Source: an uncultured Gemmatimonadales bacterium
Lineage (GTDB): Bacteria > Gemmatimonadota > Gemmatimonadetes > Longimicrobiales > RSA9
Length of the DNA: 64,000 nucleotides
NCBI GenBank assembly: GCA_963798085.1
Contig: CAWCRS010000003.1
Coordinates: 713,573-777,572, forward strand
Direction: 5' to 3'
Below are positions 19,661-28,417 of this stretch, in pieces; positions within the stretch are counted from its first letter, which is position 1; each line of letters starts with the position of its first letter. The notes under the pieces were generated by a model. It saw only the letters and a list, made by a program, of their open reading frames with translations. It was not told where the DNA came from and made no database searches. Made by a program: the position numbers and the translations under genes.

Positions 19661-22600
19661 TCAGGATTTCTTGGAGGCGGTGAACTGCGCCAGCTGGGTG
19701 GTCAGCCATGCGGACTGCGACTGCGCGCGCGCAATCGCCTGCTCCATGGCCGTGAACTGCGCGATCAGCGCGGTGCGGTGGCGGTCGAGCCGTGCATTGA
19801 TCGTATCAATGCGGCTCTGCATGCCGGACACGGAACCGCTGATGCGATCGGTAACCGCCTTGATGGACGTGGCGCTGGTGCCGAGCAGGTCAGCGGTGAT
19901 GTCGGACACGCGCGCGGCCATGCCGCGGCTGAAGCTGACGGTCCCCACCGCACCTGTGCCCGTGCCCGTGTAGCTGACCAGCAACCCGTCGATGGGTGTG
20001 CCGGTGGCGCCGGTGAGCACGCGGCCGGAGCCGCTGGCGGCGAAGCCGCCGATGGTGCCGGCGACATCGGTACCCACGTACGTGCCGGCGCTCAGACCCA
20101 GTGAAGCGGAGCCATCGGCGCCGCCCGCGGCGAAAGAGATCTCGAAGCCTGCGGCGGCGCCCGCATTGGCGTCCACGAGCTGCAGCTGGCCACCGTTGTC
20201 GAGCGCTGTAATGGGCGCCGTGCCGCGGCCCTGCTGCGTGGTGCCGAAGGCGCCGAAGTCGAGTGAGCCGCCGCCCGCGTTGTCGGAAGTGACGGAGAGC
20301 GTGAAACTGCTCGAGCCCGGCGTCTTCGCGGTGGCGGTCAGTTTGCCGTTGACCCACTGCACGTCGACAGCGCTGCCCAGCGCGCTCTGCACGGCATTGC
20401 GCAGCTCGCCCAGGGTACCGCCCGCGCTCACGCTCAGCGAGGTGAGGAAGCTGCTGCCATCCGTGCGGTTGCCGGCAATCGTGATGACATCGCCGGCGGT
20501 GACGGCGGGGCTGGTGCCGCCCGCAACGGTCAGCGCGCTCCAGGCCGTGTTGTCATCGGCTGCCACGGTGCCGGCGGGGTTACTGAACAGCGCGTTACCG
20601 GCGGCCACTGTGTGGGCCAGCGGCTTTGCGAACTCGGCTGTCAGCGCATCCACGATCTGGGACAGCGTCATGCCGTTGGACAGCGCCACACTGTACGTGC
20701 GGTTGCTGCTCAGGTCGCGCACGCTGAGGGTATCGGCGCTGCCGTCGTCCACGTAGGTGCCCGCGAAGCCGGCGCCGGTGACATCGGCCGCAGCCGGCGG
20801 CTGCGTGATGTTGACGGTCCAGGTGCCCGAGCTGGTGGCCTTCGAGGCATCGACGTACGTCAGATCGGCGACGCTGCTGGTGCCGTACAGGCCGAACAGC
20901 CGCGAGACCGCGTCGCCGCCGTTCTGCAGGGCACTGCGCAGCTTGTTGCTGTCCAGCGTGTAGCGCCCGGTCTTGTCGATCTCGATGCCGATGTCGGCCA
21001 GGCGGGAGTAGCCGCCGATCACGGTGGTGTCGAGGGACGAAGCCAGCGCGCCGCGCAGGGACTGGCGCATGCTGCGCAGGGTGGAGTCGTTGTACAGGGG
21101 CGCCGCCGTGCCGCCGGTGGGCGGAGGCGTCAGCTGCGCATCGACGAAGCTGGCCAGGCTGTTGTAGGCATCGACCAGCCCCTGCACGGCGGTAACGGCC
21201 GCATCGATGTCGCGCGAGACCGTGACCGTCGCAACCGTATTGGGGTCCGCCGCCGCCAGGTTCAGCGTCAGGCCGGGCACCGAGTTCGTGATCGTGTTGC
21301 TGCTGCTGGTGAGGTACGAGCCGTCGATCTCCAGCTCGGCATCAGCCGCGGCGTTGATGACGCGCGAGCGTCCCGCCTGCGTGACGCCGAAGGCGCCGAA
21401 GTCGAGGGTACCGCCGTTTTCATTGTGGGCGACAATGTTCAGTCCCAGCCGGCTCTCGCCGCCGCTGTCGTCGCTCACCACCAACTCGCCGTTAGCGGAG
21501 ATGGAGGCGGTGGCCGTGCGCGTGCCCAGCTTGAAGCCGTCGACCGCGCTGTTGAGCCGGCCGACCAGGGTCTGCAGCGTGTCGCCCGCGCCAATGGTGA
21601 CGTCGAAAGAGAACGTCGAGCCATCGGCGCGCGTGCCGCTGATGGTCAGCGAATCGCCGGCCTGCACCACGGCGGCCGCGCCCTGCGACCAGAGACTGGT
21701 GAGCAGTGTACCCGCCGAGGCCGGCGTGGCACCCGCATCACCCAGCGCCGCACTGGCGATCTGCTGCGTGACGGCGCTGCGCCCGCCCTCGAGCACACCC
21801 AGCGACTGCAGAATGCTGTTGGCGTCGGTGAAGGAAGTGGCGCCGTGGATTTCCAGGCGCTGCTTCGAGCCGTCGGCAATGACCTGGGCGCTCACGCCCC
21901 GGCCGGCCGCGGCTGCGGCGGTATTGATGGCGCTCGCCACATCGGTCAGCGACATGCTGGCCAGGTCGAGCGTCACGTTGACGCCGCCCATGGTGACGCT
22001 TCCCGAAGCGGGCGGACTCGTGAAACCCAGCAGTGTGGCGACGGCCGTGGCCGAGTCCGCGAACGCATCGCTCTTCGCGCCGTTGGTGGTCGCCGTCTTG
22101 ATGGCAGTGGTGTTATCGAGCAGCCCCATGGACTGCAGCACGGCGCTGGCGCCATCCACCAGGTCGATGCCGGCCGCGCCCGTCTTCGTGCTGGAGAGCA
22201 CCAGGCGGTTGGCGGCACTGCCTGTGGTCAGCACGGATGCGGTGACACCGGTCGCGCCGCCCACATTGGCGTCATTGAAGCGCTTGACGATCGTGTCCAG
22301 GCTGTCCGTGGCGAGGATCTCGATGCGCTTGCCGTTGATGCGGAATTCGCCGGACAGTCCGAGTGCGCTGCTGCGGGTACTGAAAACGTCGCCACTCAGG
22401 GTTTCCGCGGAAGCGAGTCCCAGCACGCGCACGGTGTGCGTGCCGACGGCCGCATCGACCGTGGCGCTGGCCGACGACAGGGGACTGCCACTGCCGGCCG
22501 CCAGGCCCAGCGCCACCTTGTTGGTGCGCAGTGCCGTGGACGACAGTGCCGCCGCCGCTGTCTGCAGTGTGGAGACCTGCGAGTTGAAGCTGTTCCACAC

Positions 22601-22747
22601 GCTGGTACGCTGGCCGGCCGCGTCGATCTTGCTCTGCAGGGAATTGGCAGGCGCCGCCTCCGCTGCAATGAGCTGATCGATCAGGTCCCGCCACTGGATA
22701 CCGCTGGCGACGCCGCTGACCGAAGCGAGTGGATTGGTTGTGCTCAT
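19661..22747 (-). CDS. fliD: flagellar filament cap FliD (about twice the usual length)
   Basis: 1028 aa. The FliD N-terminus is present (GIQWRDLIDQLIAAEAAPANSLQSKI), as is the C-terminus (LIAQFTAMEQAIARAQSQSAWLTTQL). It contains an internally duplicated central module. Confidence 0.9.
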   Translation of the reverse strand: MSTTNPLASVSGVASGIQWRDLIDQLIAAEAAPANSLQSKIDAAGQRTSVWNSFNSQVSTLQTAAAALSSTALRTNKVALGLAAGSGSPLSSASATVDAAVGTHTVRVLGLASAETLSGDVFSTRSSALGLSGEFRINGKRIEILATDSLDTIVKRFNDANVGGATGVTASVLTTGSAANRLVLSSTKTGAAGIDLVDGASAVLQSMGLLDNTTAIKTATTNGAKSDAFADSATAVATLLGFTSPPASGSVTMGGVNVTLDLASMSLTDVASAINTAAAAAGRGVSAQVIADGSKQRLEIHGATSFTDANSILQSLGVLEGGRSAVTQQIASAALGDAGATPASAGTLLTSLWSQGAAAVVQAGDSLTISGTRADGSTFSFDVTIGAGDTLQTLVGRLNSAVDGFKLGTRTATASISANGELVVSDDSGGESRLGLNIVAHNENGGTLDFGAFGVTQAGRSRVINAAADAELEIDGSYLTSSSNTITNSVPGLTLNLAAADPNTVATVTVSRDIDAAVTAVQGLVDAYNSLASFVDAQLTPPPTGGTAAPLYNDSTLRSMRQSLRGALASSLDTTVIGGYSRLADIGIEIDKTGRYTLDSNKLRSALQNGGDAVSRLFGLYGTSSVADLTYVDASKATSSGTWTVNITQPPAAADVTGAGFAGTYVDDGSADTLSVRDLSSNRTYSVALSNGMTLSQIVDALTAEFAKPLAHTVAAGNALFSNPAGTVAADDNTAWSALTVAGGTSPAVTAGDVITIAGNRTDGSSFLTSLSVSAGGTLGELRNAVQSALGSAVDVQWVNGKLTATAKTPGSSSFTLSVTSDNAGGGSLDFGAFGTTQQGRGTAPITALDNGGQLQLVDANAGAAAGFEISFAAGGADGSASLGLSAGTYVGTDVAGTIGGFAASGSGRVLTGATGTPIDGLLVSYTGTGTGAVGTVSFSRGMAARVSDITADLLGTSATSIKAVTDRISGSVSGMQSRIDTINARLDRHRTALIAQFTAMEQAIARAQSQSAWLTTQLAQFTASKKS

Positions 22748-22768
22748 GGCCTTGTCTTCGAGTGCTCG

Positions 22769-22796
22769 GCCCGGGACCGGCGAACCGGCCCCGGGC
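22769..22796 (-). terminator. GC-rich hairpin between fliC and fliD (attenuator/terminator-like, no U tract)
   Basis: Arms gcccgggaccgg and ccggccccgggc pair at 11 of 12 positions around the loop cgaa. Confidence 0.35.
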
Positions 22797-22823
22797 TTCT
22801 CTCAAGCGACCGCTCTACGCGGA

Positions 22824-23963
22824 CTACTGGAGGAGCTTCAGCACCAGCTGCGGTGCCGCATTGGCCTGCGCCAGCATCGCTACGCCGGCCTGCTGCAGGA
22901 TCTGGTTCTTCGTGAACTCCGTCATTTCGTAGGCCATGTCGGCGTCGCGAATCGTGGATTCGGCAGCCGCCATGTTCTCGATTGTGGTCTTGACGTTGGC
23001 CGACGCGTAGTCGATCCGGTTCTGCGCCGCGCCGATTTCACCGAACGCGCTGTTAACCGTGCCGATCGCGGTGTCCAGACCGGTCAGTGCCGCCTGCCAC
23101 TCCGCACCCGTGCCGTTGCCGGTGAAGGTGAGGGCAGTCAGGTTCAGGCCGGTGGAGCCCGTCGTCAGGTCGAGCCCGCTCAGCGTGATCAGGTCGTCCG
23201 TCGTGTAGGCACCGCTGGAGCGGACCAGGAACGATCCACCGCCGCTGCCCGCCGTCACGTCGAAGGACGTGCCGTCGAGCGAACCAGTCGCCGCCGTCTC
23301 GTCGAAATTGGCGTCGAGCTGCAGCGTCACGCCGAACGAACTGAAGGAAACAGACTGCTTGCCGGCCACGAGACCCGAAACGGTCTGCGTGTTGCCGTTG
23401 CCGTCGTCGATCGTCAGCTCGCCGTCAACCGCCTGTGTGAAGCTGTACGTGGCTGCGGCTGTGCCTGCGATGTTGACAGCGTAGAGCCCTGTGCCCGCCG
23501 CCAGCGCCGTGCTGTTCGCGACGTTGGTGTCGACGGCGTTACCGAACGAACCGTTGATCAGCGCCTTGCCCTGGAACTTGGTCGTGTCGGCGATCTTCTG
23601 GATTTCCGTCTGCAGCTGATCCCACTCGGCCTTGATTCGGCCGCGGCCAGCGTCGTCGACGTTGTCCGAACCCGCTTCCGTCGCCAGTTCCTTCATGCGG
23701 TCAATGATCTGGCTGACCGTCTGCACTGCGCCTTCCGCCACCTGCAACAGCGAGGTGGCCTGCTCGGCGTTACGCGAGGCCTGCTGCAGCGAACGAATGT
23801 CCGCGCGCAGCTTGTTCGCGATGCCCAGACCGGCGGCGTCATCTGCCGCGCGATTGATGCGGAAGCCCGAGGACAGACGGCCGATGCTCCGGCTGACGTT
23901 CATGTCCGTGATCCCGAGCTGACGCTGGGTGTTCATCGCCGAGACGTTCGTGTTGATGCGCAT
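22824..23963 (-). CDS. fliC: flagellin
   Basis: 379 aa. N-terminus is MRINTNVSAMNTQRQL...RINRAADDAAGL. C-terminus is ...TKNQILQQAGVAMLAQANAAPQLVLKLLQ. Confidence 0.95.
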   Translation of the reverse strand: MRINTNVSAMNTQRQLGITDMNVSRSIGRLSSGFRINRAADDAAGLGIANKLRADIRSLQQASRNAEQATSLLQVAEGAVQTVSQIIDRMKELATEAGSDNVDDAGRGRIKAEWDQLQTEIQKIADTTKFQGKALINGSFGNAVDTNVANSTALAAGTGLYAVNIAGTAAATYSFTQAVDGELTIDDGNGNTQTVSGLVAGKQSVSFSSFGVTLQLDANFDETAATGSLDGTSFDVTAGSGGGSFLVRSSGAYTTDDLITLSGLDLTTGSTGLNLTALTFTGNGTGAEWQAALTGLDTAIGTVNSAFGEIGAAQNRIDYASANVKTTIENMAAAESTIRDADMAYEMTEFTKNQILQQAGVAMLAQANAAPQLVLKLLQ

Positions 23964-24055
23964 GGTGTAGCTCCTTACAACGAAACTGCTATCGAGTGGT
24001 GGGGCGTCCGTACCCCTGATTGGATCCCGGTCCAGGCTCCGACCGACGGGGGGTG

Positions 24056-24082
24056 TTATCGGCGATGTCAGGAGAAACTTTA
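24056..24082 (-). promoter_or_regulatory. sigma-28 (FliA) promoter of fliC, perfect consensus
   Basis: The minus strand reads TAAAGTTT-ctcctgacatc-GCCGATAA with an 11-nt spacer. It lies about 90 nt upstream of the fliC ATG. Confidence 0.85.
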
Positions 24083-24104
24083 GGGGGAATGCGGGGGCGT
24101 TTCC

Positions 24105-24190
24105 GGGCTCGGGCTCGGGCTGCTTGCTGGGGTTTACGGATCGGACAGCGTTGCCGGGGCTGGTTGCTGGGGCTGGTTGCTCGGGAACGG
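24105..24190 (+). repeat. GGGCTCGGGCTCGGGCTG / GGGGCTGGTTGCT(C/G)GGG repeat block
   Basis: Contains gggctcgggctcgggctgcttgctgggg (24105-24132) and ggggctggttgctggggctggttgctcgggaacgg (24157-24190). Related copies lie at 44498-44535 and, inverted, at 55223-55246. Confidence 0.7.
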
Positions 24191-24288
24191 CCTGAACGGA
24201 TTGATCGGTGGGGTTTCGCGGATTTCACGGATTACAGGCGACGATGGGTGGTCGGAGCGCCGGCGGTGGGTGCTGGCTCCCGCGCGGG

Positions 24289-25224
24289 TCACGGGTCAGG
24301 CTGGCGATGGGTGCCAGACGCCGGGGTTGTGCCGCCGGGCAGGGGGTGTTCGGGCAGGTTGAGGTGCACGGGCACGCCGGGCACGGGTGGCAGGACGTTG
24401 GTGGTGTCCTGGCCGGCCGGTTCGGTGCCTGCCTCGGGCGTGGCTGTCTCGAACGGCAGAAGAATCGAGACGCGGCGATTGGCCGGGTCGAGCGGACGGT
24501 CCGGGAAACGGAGGTGGCGGTCCGCGTAGCCACGCACTTCGGCGACGCGATCGGAGACCACACCGGAATCGACGATCACTCGCCGCGCCGCATTCGCGCG
24601 CGCGGCGGACAGCTCCCAGTTGCTGTAGCCCAGAGTGCCGTACTGCCGCGCGTCGGTGTGTCCCTCGAGGATCACGGGGTTGCCGATCTTGCCCAGCTCA
24701 TCGCCGATGAGGCCGAGCGCGCGCATCGCCGGCTCACGCGGACTGGCGGACCCGATGGCGAAGAAGGTTTCGCCGCTGCCGGCATCCGTCATCTCAATGC
24801 GCAGTCCCTCGCTGGTCACACTGATCTCGAAATTGCCGGAGAGGCTCTTCAGCTCGTCATCGGCGGCGATGCGCGCGCGAATCCGCTCGGCCACGTTCTG
24901 GAACTGCGCCTGCTGCGACTCGCGCGGTGCCACCGCAATCGTGTTCACGCCCTGGTGCCGCATGGCGTTGCCATTGGCGAGCGGATTGGTGCCCGCGCCG
25001 AAGCCCTTCTTGAAGCCGACCGGATTCTGGAAATAGCCCTGGATCAGGTCCTTCGTCTCAGGCGACATGCCCATGATCCACATGACCATGAAGAACGCCA
25101 TCATGGCGGTGACGAAGTCGGCGTACGCGACTTTCCAGGCGCCGCCGTGATGGCCGTGGTCGCCGCCGGATACGCGGCGAATGATGATCGGGCGGGCTTT
25201 TTCGTCCTTGGGCGGCGCGCTCAT
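24289..25224 (-). CDS. motB: flagellar stator protein MotB
   Basis: TM/plug segment with the conserved Asp (AWKVAYADFVTAMMAFFMVMW). OmpA-like PG-binding domain (LEGHTDA...SNWELSAARA). It has a Pro-rich C-terminal tail. Confidence 0.9.
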   Translation of the reverse strand: MSAPPKDEKARPIIIRRVSGGDHGHHGGAWKVAYADFVTAMMAFFMVMWIMGMSPETKDLIQGYFQNPVGFKKGFGAGTNPLANGNAMRHQGVNTIAVAPRESQQAQFQNVAERIRARIAADDELKSLSGNFEISVTSEGLRIEMTDAGSGETFFAIGSASPREPAMRALGLIGDELGKIGNPVILEGHTDARQYGTLGYSNWELSAARANAARRVIVDSGVVSDRVAEVRGYADRHLRFPDRPLDPANRRVSILLPFETATPEAGTEPAGQDTTNVLPPVPGVPVHLNLPEHPLPGGTTPASGTHRQPDP

Positions 25225-26093
25225 GCGGCCTGCGCTGCCCGTGACTTCTTGCGCGTCATCTCCTCCAGCTCGCTGAAGGAGGGCCGGTCCTGCGGCTCGA
25301 TGTTGCGGCGCGCGAATTCAACCGACGTCATGGGTGGATCGCCGCGGCCGAACGAGAGGATGGCGGTGCGGATGCAGCGCATGTACGAGTCTTCGCCCTT
25401 CACCCGGCCTTCCATGGCCTGTGCGATCGGGCCAATGACGCCGTAGGCGAGCAGCACGCCGAGGAAGGTACCCACCAGCGCCGCAGCCACGCTCTTGCCG
25501 ACCTCATCCGCCGCGCCGCCAATGTGCGCCATGGTAATGATCACGCCCAGCACCGCAGCCACGATGCCGAAGCCCGGCATGGCGTCGCTGACCTTGGAGA
25601 GCGCATCGGGCACAGCCATCGCCTCGTGATGATGCTGATCGAGGTCGAGATCGAGGATCTCCGACAGATGGTGATCCTCGACCGTGCCTGTCAGCATGAC
25701 CTTCAGCGTATCCGTGAGGAAGCTCACTGCGTGGTGGTTCTTGCAGAACTCGGGATACTTCGCGAACAGGTCGCTCTTTTCCGGCTCCTCAATGTGCTTC
25801 TCGATGCCCACCAGCCCGTCCCGCCTCGCCGCGTAGAACAACTCGTACAGCACCTGCAGCAGCTCCGCGTACGCCTTCTCGCTGTAGGGCGATGGCTTCA
25901 GCAGCCCGAGGATCCCCGTGCTGATGCGAACGAGCATGCCCATGCCATTGCCCAGCAGCAGCGAGCCAATGGCCGCGCCTCCGAGAATGATGAACTCGGA
26001 AACCTGCATGAGCACCATGACACTGCCACCGTGCATGGTGTAGCCCAGCAGGACGCTGCCGAGAACAATTGCGAGTCCAATCGCGAGGAACAC
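25221..26093 (-). CDS. motA: flagellar stator protein MotA
   Basis: 290-aa, 4-TM MotA/TolQ/ExbB-family protein. Its stop overlaps the motB start. Confidence 0.9.
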   Translation of the reverse strand: MFLAIGLAIVLGSVLLGYTMHGGSVMVLMQVSEFIILGGAAIGSLLLGNGMGMLVRISTGILGLLKPSPYSEKAYAELLQVLYELFYAARRDGLVGIEKHIEEPEKSDLFAKYPEFCKNHHAVSFLTDTLKVMLTGTVEDHHLSEILDLDLDQHHHEAMAVPDALSKVSDAMPGFGIVAAVLGVIITMAHIGGAADEVGKSVAAALVGTFLGVLLAYGVIGPIAQAMEGRVKGEDSYMRCIRTAILSFGRGDPPMTSVEFARRNIEPQDRPSFSELEEMTRKKSRAAQAA

Positions 26094-26148
26094 TTTACAA
26101 TGCCCGTTCTGCCTTCTGGCTCCGGGGTGGTTTTCCAGACTGGCCCGA

Positions 26149-26175
26149 GTATCGGCGGGTTCCAGAGGAATTTGA
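26149..26175 (-). promoter_or_regulatory. sigma-28-type promoter of motAB
   Basis: The minus strand reads TCAAATTC-ctctggaaccc-GCCGATAC with an 11-nt spacer. It lies about 55 nt upstream of the motA start. Confidence 0.65.
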
Positions 26176-26290
26176 GCTACGGATTCACTGCGGAGGGCGC
26201 TGTGGGGGTGAGGTCGTGGCCCGGCTCAGCACGCGCGGCCTGGCTGCGGCGCGGCGCCAGGCAATCCGGTCACGCGGAGGAGCGGAGGAC

Positions 26291-26713
26291 GGAGAACGAC
26301 ATCATCACACAGGGGGCACAGGGGGCACGGAGGGGCGCTGACGTTTGAGGTCGCGGTGTTTCTTGAGGATGATTTGGAATCGCGGGCAATGGTTCCGGGG
26401 GGACGACATCATCACACAGGGGGCACAGGGGGCACGGAGGGGCGCTGACGTTTGAGGTCGCGGTGTTTCTTGAGGATGATTTGCATCACGGGCGATCGTT
26501 GCGGGCTATTGCAGGGTCGGCATCGAGTCGGTGAGGGCACCCGGATCCGTTGAATTCAATTCCTGATGGCTGTAATCAACTGTTTGGAACTTCTCTCAGT
26601 CAGACCCTCTGACGCCAGCAACCCCACCCCGCTGAAGCGCCCCGGCGAATCCGTCCTCAGTGCCCCCCGTGACTCCGGCAGCCTCTGAGTGATGATGCCG
26701 TGATCCGTTCTCC
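26291..26713. repeat. inverted-repeat (MITE-like) noncoding element, copy 1, containing a perfect 81-nt direct duplication
   Basis: The left end is ggagaacgacatcatcacac. The reverse complement of the right end is ggagaacggatcacggcatcatcac. Segments 26296-26376 and 26403-26483 are identical over 81 nt, with a 107-nt period. Confidence 0.6.
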
Positions 26714-26756
26714 TCGCCCTCCTCGCCCTCCTCGCCCTCCGCGGTGGAAGGGCGGT

Positions 26757-26993
26757 TTACGCGGGGTCGGGCGCGGTTTCCGCGGGGCCGAGGAGTTCGC
26801 GCAGGGAATCGGTACGCGTGGCGCGGCGGTTCTCGTCGGCGATCTGCTGGGCGATTTCCTCGCGCACGATGCCGACGCTGCTGGGCGCTTCGATGCCGAT
26901 GCGTACGCCGCGGCGGCCGCACTGCAGGATGATGATGCGGATGCCGCCGGCGATGAGCACGGCGCTGCCCGGTTGGCGATTCAGAACCAGCAT
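26757..26993 (-). CDS. csrA: carbon storage regulator CsrA
   Basis: 78 aa reading MLVLNRQPGSAVLI...GIRIIILQ...VRIGIEAPSSVGIVREEI. It is the last gene of the flgK operon. Confidence 0.9.
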   Translation of the reverse strand: MLVLNRQPGSAVLIAGGIRIIILQCGRRGVRIGIEAPSSVGIVREEIAQQIADENRRATRTDSLRELLGPAETAPDPA

Positions 26994-27003
26994 TCAGGCT
27001 TCC

Positions 27004-28416
27004 TCAGCGCTTCATGTCGAGTAGACTCTGGAACATCTCATCTGCAGTGGTGATGACGCGGGCGGCGGCGGCGTAGGCGTTCTGGAAACGCATCAGGTTG
27101 ACCATCTCTTCATCGATGTTCACGCCGCTCACGCTCATGCGCTGCGTATCCGCCCGGGAGGCGAGGGAGGCGTGCACCTCGGTGTTGTCCTGCGCGTCCT
27201 GCACAGCCGTGCCCAGCTGGGCAACCTGCTGGCTGTAGGCTTCGCCAATGCTGTGATTGCCGAACGCTGCGATGGGCGCGTCGCGCAAAGCCGCGAGCGA
27301 GAGGGCCGTGTCGTTGCGCGCCAATGCGTACACCGGATTGCCGGTGATGGGATCGGTGCCCGGCGTGCCCGCTGCGATGGCCTGCGGGTCGGCGGCCACG
27401 GCGGCGGACAGCGAGAGCGAAGCCGCGGTGATGGTGGCCGGATTGCCCTGGTCATCGAAAAACAGCACGTTAGTCTGACCCGCGGCGTTCATGCCCTGCG
27501 TGTGCACGCCATTGACGGCAATGGCCAGGTTCCGGGCCAGCGCGTCCAGGTCCGCGTGTCCCTGGGGCAGGTCGTTGTTGAGCACACCGATCGTGGCGCC
27601 CAGTGAGCCGCCCGCCGCGCCGACGGTCAGGCCATTGGCGTTCTTCAGGCTGTAGACGCCGCCCGTGCTGTCCACCTGCAGCGGAATCGACGTGGGGCCG
27701 TCCACGACATTGATGCCCTGTATGTTCACGGCCACCGTGTGGTCGCTGCGCTCCAGCACCTGCACATCGGCCAGCTTGCTGATCTGGTCAATGGCGACAT
27801 CGCGCGCATCGCGCAGGTCGCCCGCGGTGCGGCCACCGGCCTCTTCCGCCACGATGCGAGTGTTCAGCGAGGCGATCGTGCTGCTCAGCTTGTTCAGCTG
27901 ACTCACGTCCTGGGTCAGCTGCTGGGCGCCGCCGGCGGCAATGCGATCCAGGCCGGTCGACATGCGGTGCAGGCTGTCCACCAGCTGCTGCGCGGTCTGC
28001 TTGACGACCCCGCGTGCGGTGGAACTGGCGGGGTCGTTCGACAGATCGCTCCACGCGTTCCAGAACGCGTTCAGCGAATCGGACAGACCGGGCGTCGAGA
28101 GATCGCCGTGCAGACCCTGCACCTGACCCAGCAGCCCGGCGCGCGTCTGATAGAAGCTGTTGCTGGCGGTCTCCTGGCGGAACCCGACGTCCAGCAGACT
28201 GTCGTGCACCCGTGCAATGTCGGCAACGGTGACGCCCGACCCGATAACACCGGAGGGCGTGATCTGCGGGGTCGCAGCGGCCAGGTCGACGCGTTGCCTC
28301 GAGTATCCTTCCGTCGCCGCGTTCGCCACGTTATGGCCGGCTACCGCGATCGCCGTCTGGCTCGCGTTCATCGCCGACCTGGCAATGGAAAGAATGCTGC
28401 CGATGGACCCACCCAT
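27004..28416 (-). CDS. flgK: hook-associated protein 1 FlgK
   Basis: N-terminus is ILSIARSAMNASQTAIAVAGHNVANAATEGYSRQ. C-terminus is VNIDEEMVNLMRFQNAYAAAARVITTADEMFQSLLDMKR. The ATG at 28416 was chosen as start. The track ORF extends to 28470. Confidence 0.9.
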   Translation of the reverse strand: MGGSIGSILSIARSAMNASQTAIAVAGHNVANAATEGYSRQRVDLAAATPQITPSGVIGSGVTVADIARVHDSLLDVGFRQETASNSFYQTRAGLLGQVQGLHGDLSTPGLSDSLNAFWNAWSDLSNDPASSTARGVVKQTAQQLVDSLHRMSTGLDRIAAGGAQQLTQDVSQLNKLSSTIASLNTRIVAEEAGGRTAGDLRDARDVAIDQISKLADVQVLERSDHTVAVNIQGINVVDGPTSIPLQVDSTGGVYSLKNANGLTVGAAGGSLGATIGVLNNDLPQGHADLDALARNLAIAVNGVHTQGMNAAGQTNVLFFDDQGNPATITAASLSLSAAVAADPQAIAAGTPGTDPITGNPVYALARNDTALSLAALRDAPIAAFGNHSIGEAYSQQVAQLGTAVQDAQDNTEVHASLASRADTQRMSVSGVNIDEEMVNLMRFQNAYAAAARVITTADEMFQSLLDMKR

Positions 28417-28417
28417 A

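Noticed and set aside
20612-22915. Very long ORFs antisense to or overlapping strong genes. Examples are 20612..22915 (+, 767 aa, opposite fliD), 36868..38859 (+, 663 aa, opposite flhA), 5756..7522 (+, opposite kdpB), 57419..58909 (+), 24208..25446 (+), 42520..43485 (-) and 61602..62750 (-).
   Set aside because: They are typical shadow ORFs of very GC-rich DNA. Their composition is rich in Arg, Ala, Gly and Pro, they have no recognisable motifs, and each is fully covered by a gene with clear family signatures in another frame or strand.
26296-26483. Possible CRISPR array, prompted by two identical 81-nt repeats.
   Set aside because: There are only two copies. The unit is far longer than CRISPR repeats, the 26-nt gap between copies is itself partly repeated, and there are no cas genes in the window.
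26270-26500. A plus-strand GGA-rich stretch next to csrA, considered as a CsrB/RsmZ-type decoy sRNA.
   Set aside because: I could find no promoter or terminator. The GGA motifs come mostly from the duplicated repeat unit and are not presented in obvious hairpin loops. Related repeat copies occur far from csrA. FliW-type CsrA systems are not known to need sRNA decoys. The idea is unsupported without RNA-seq.
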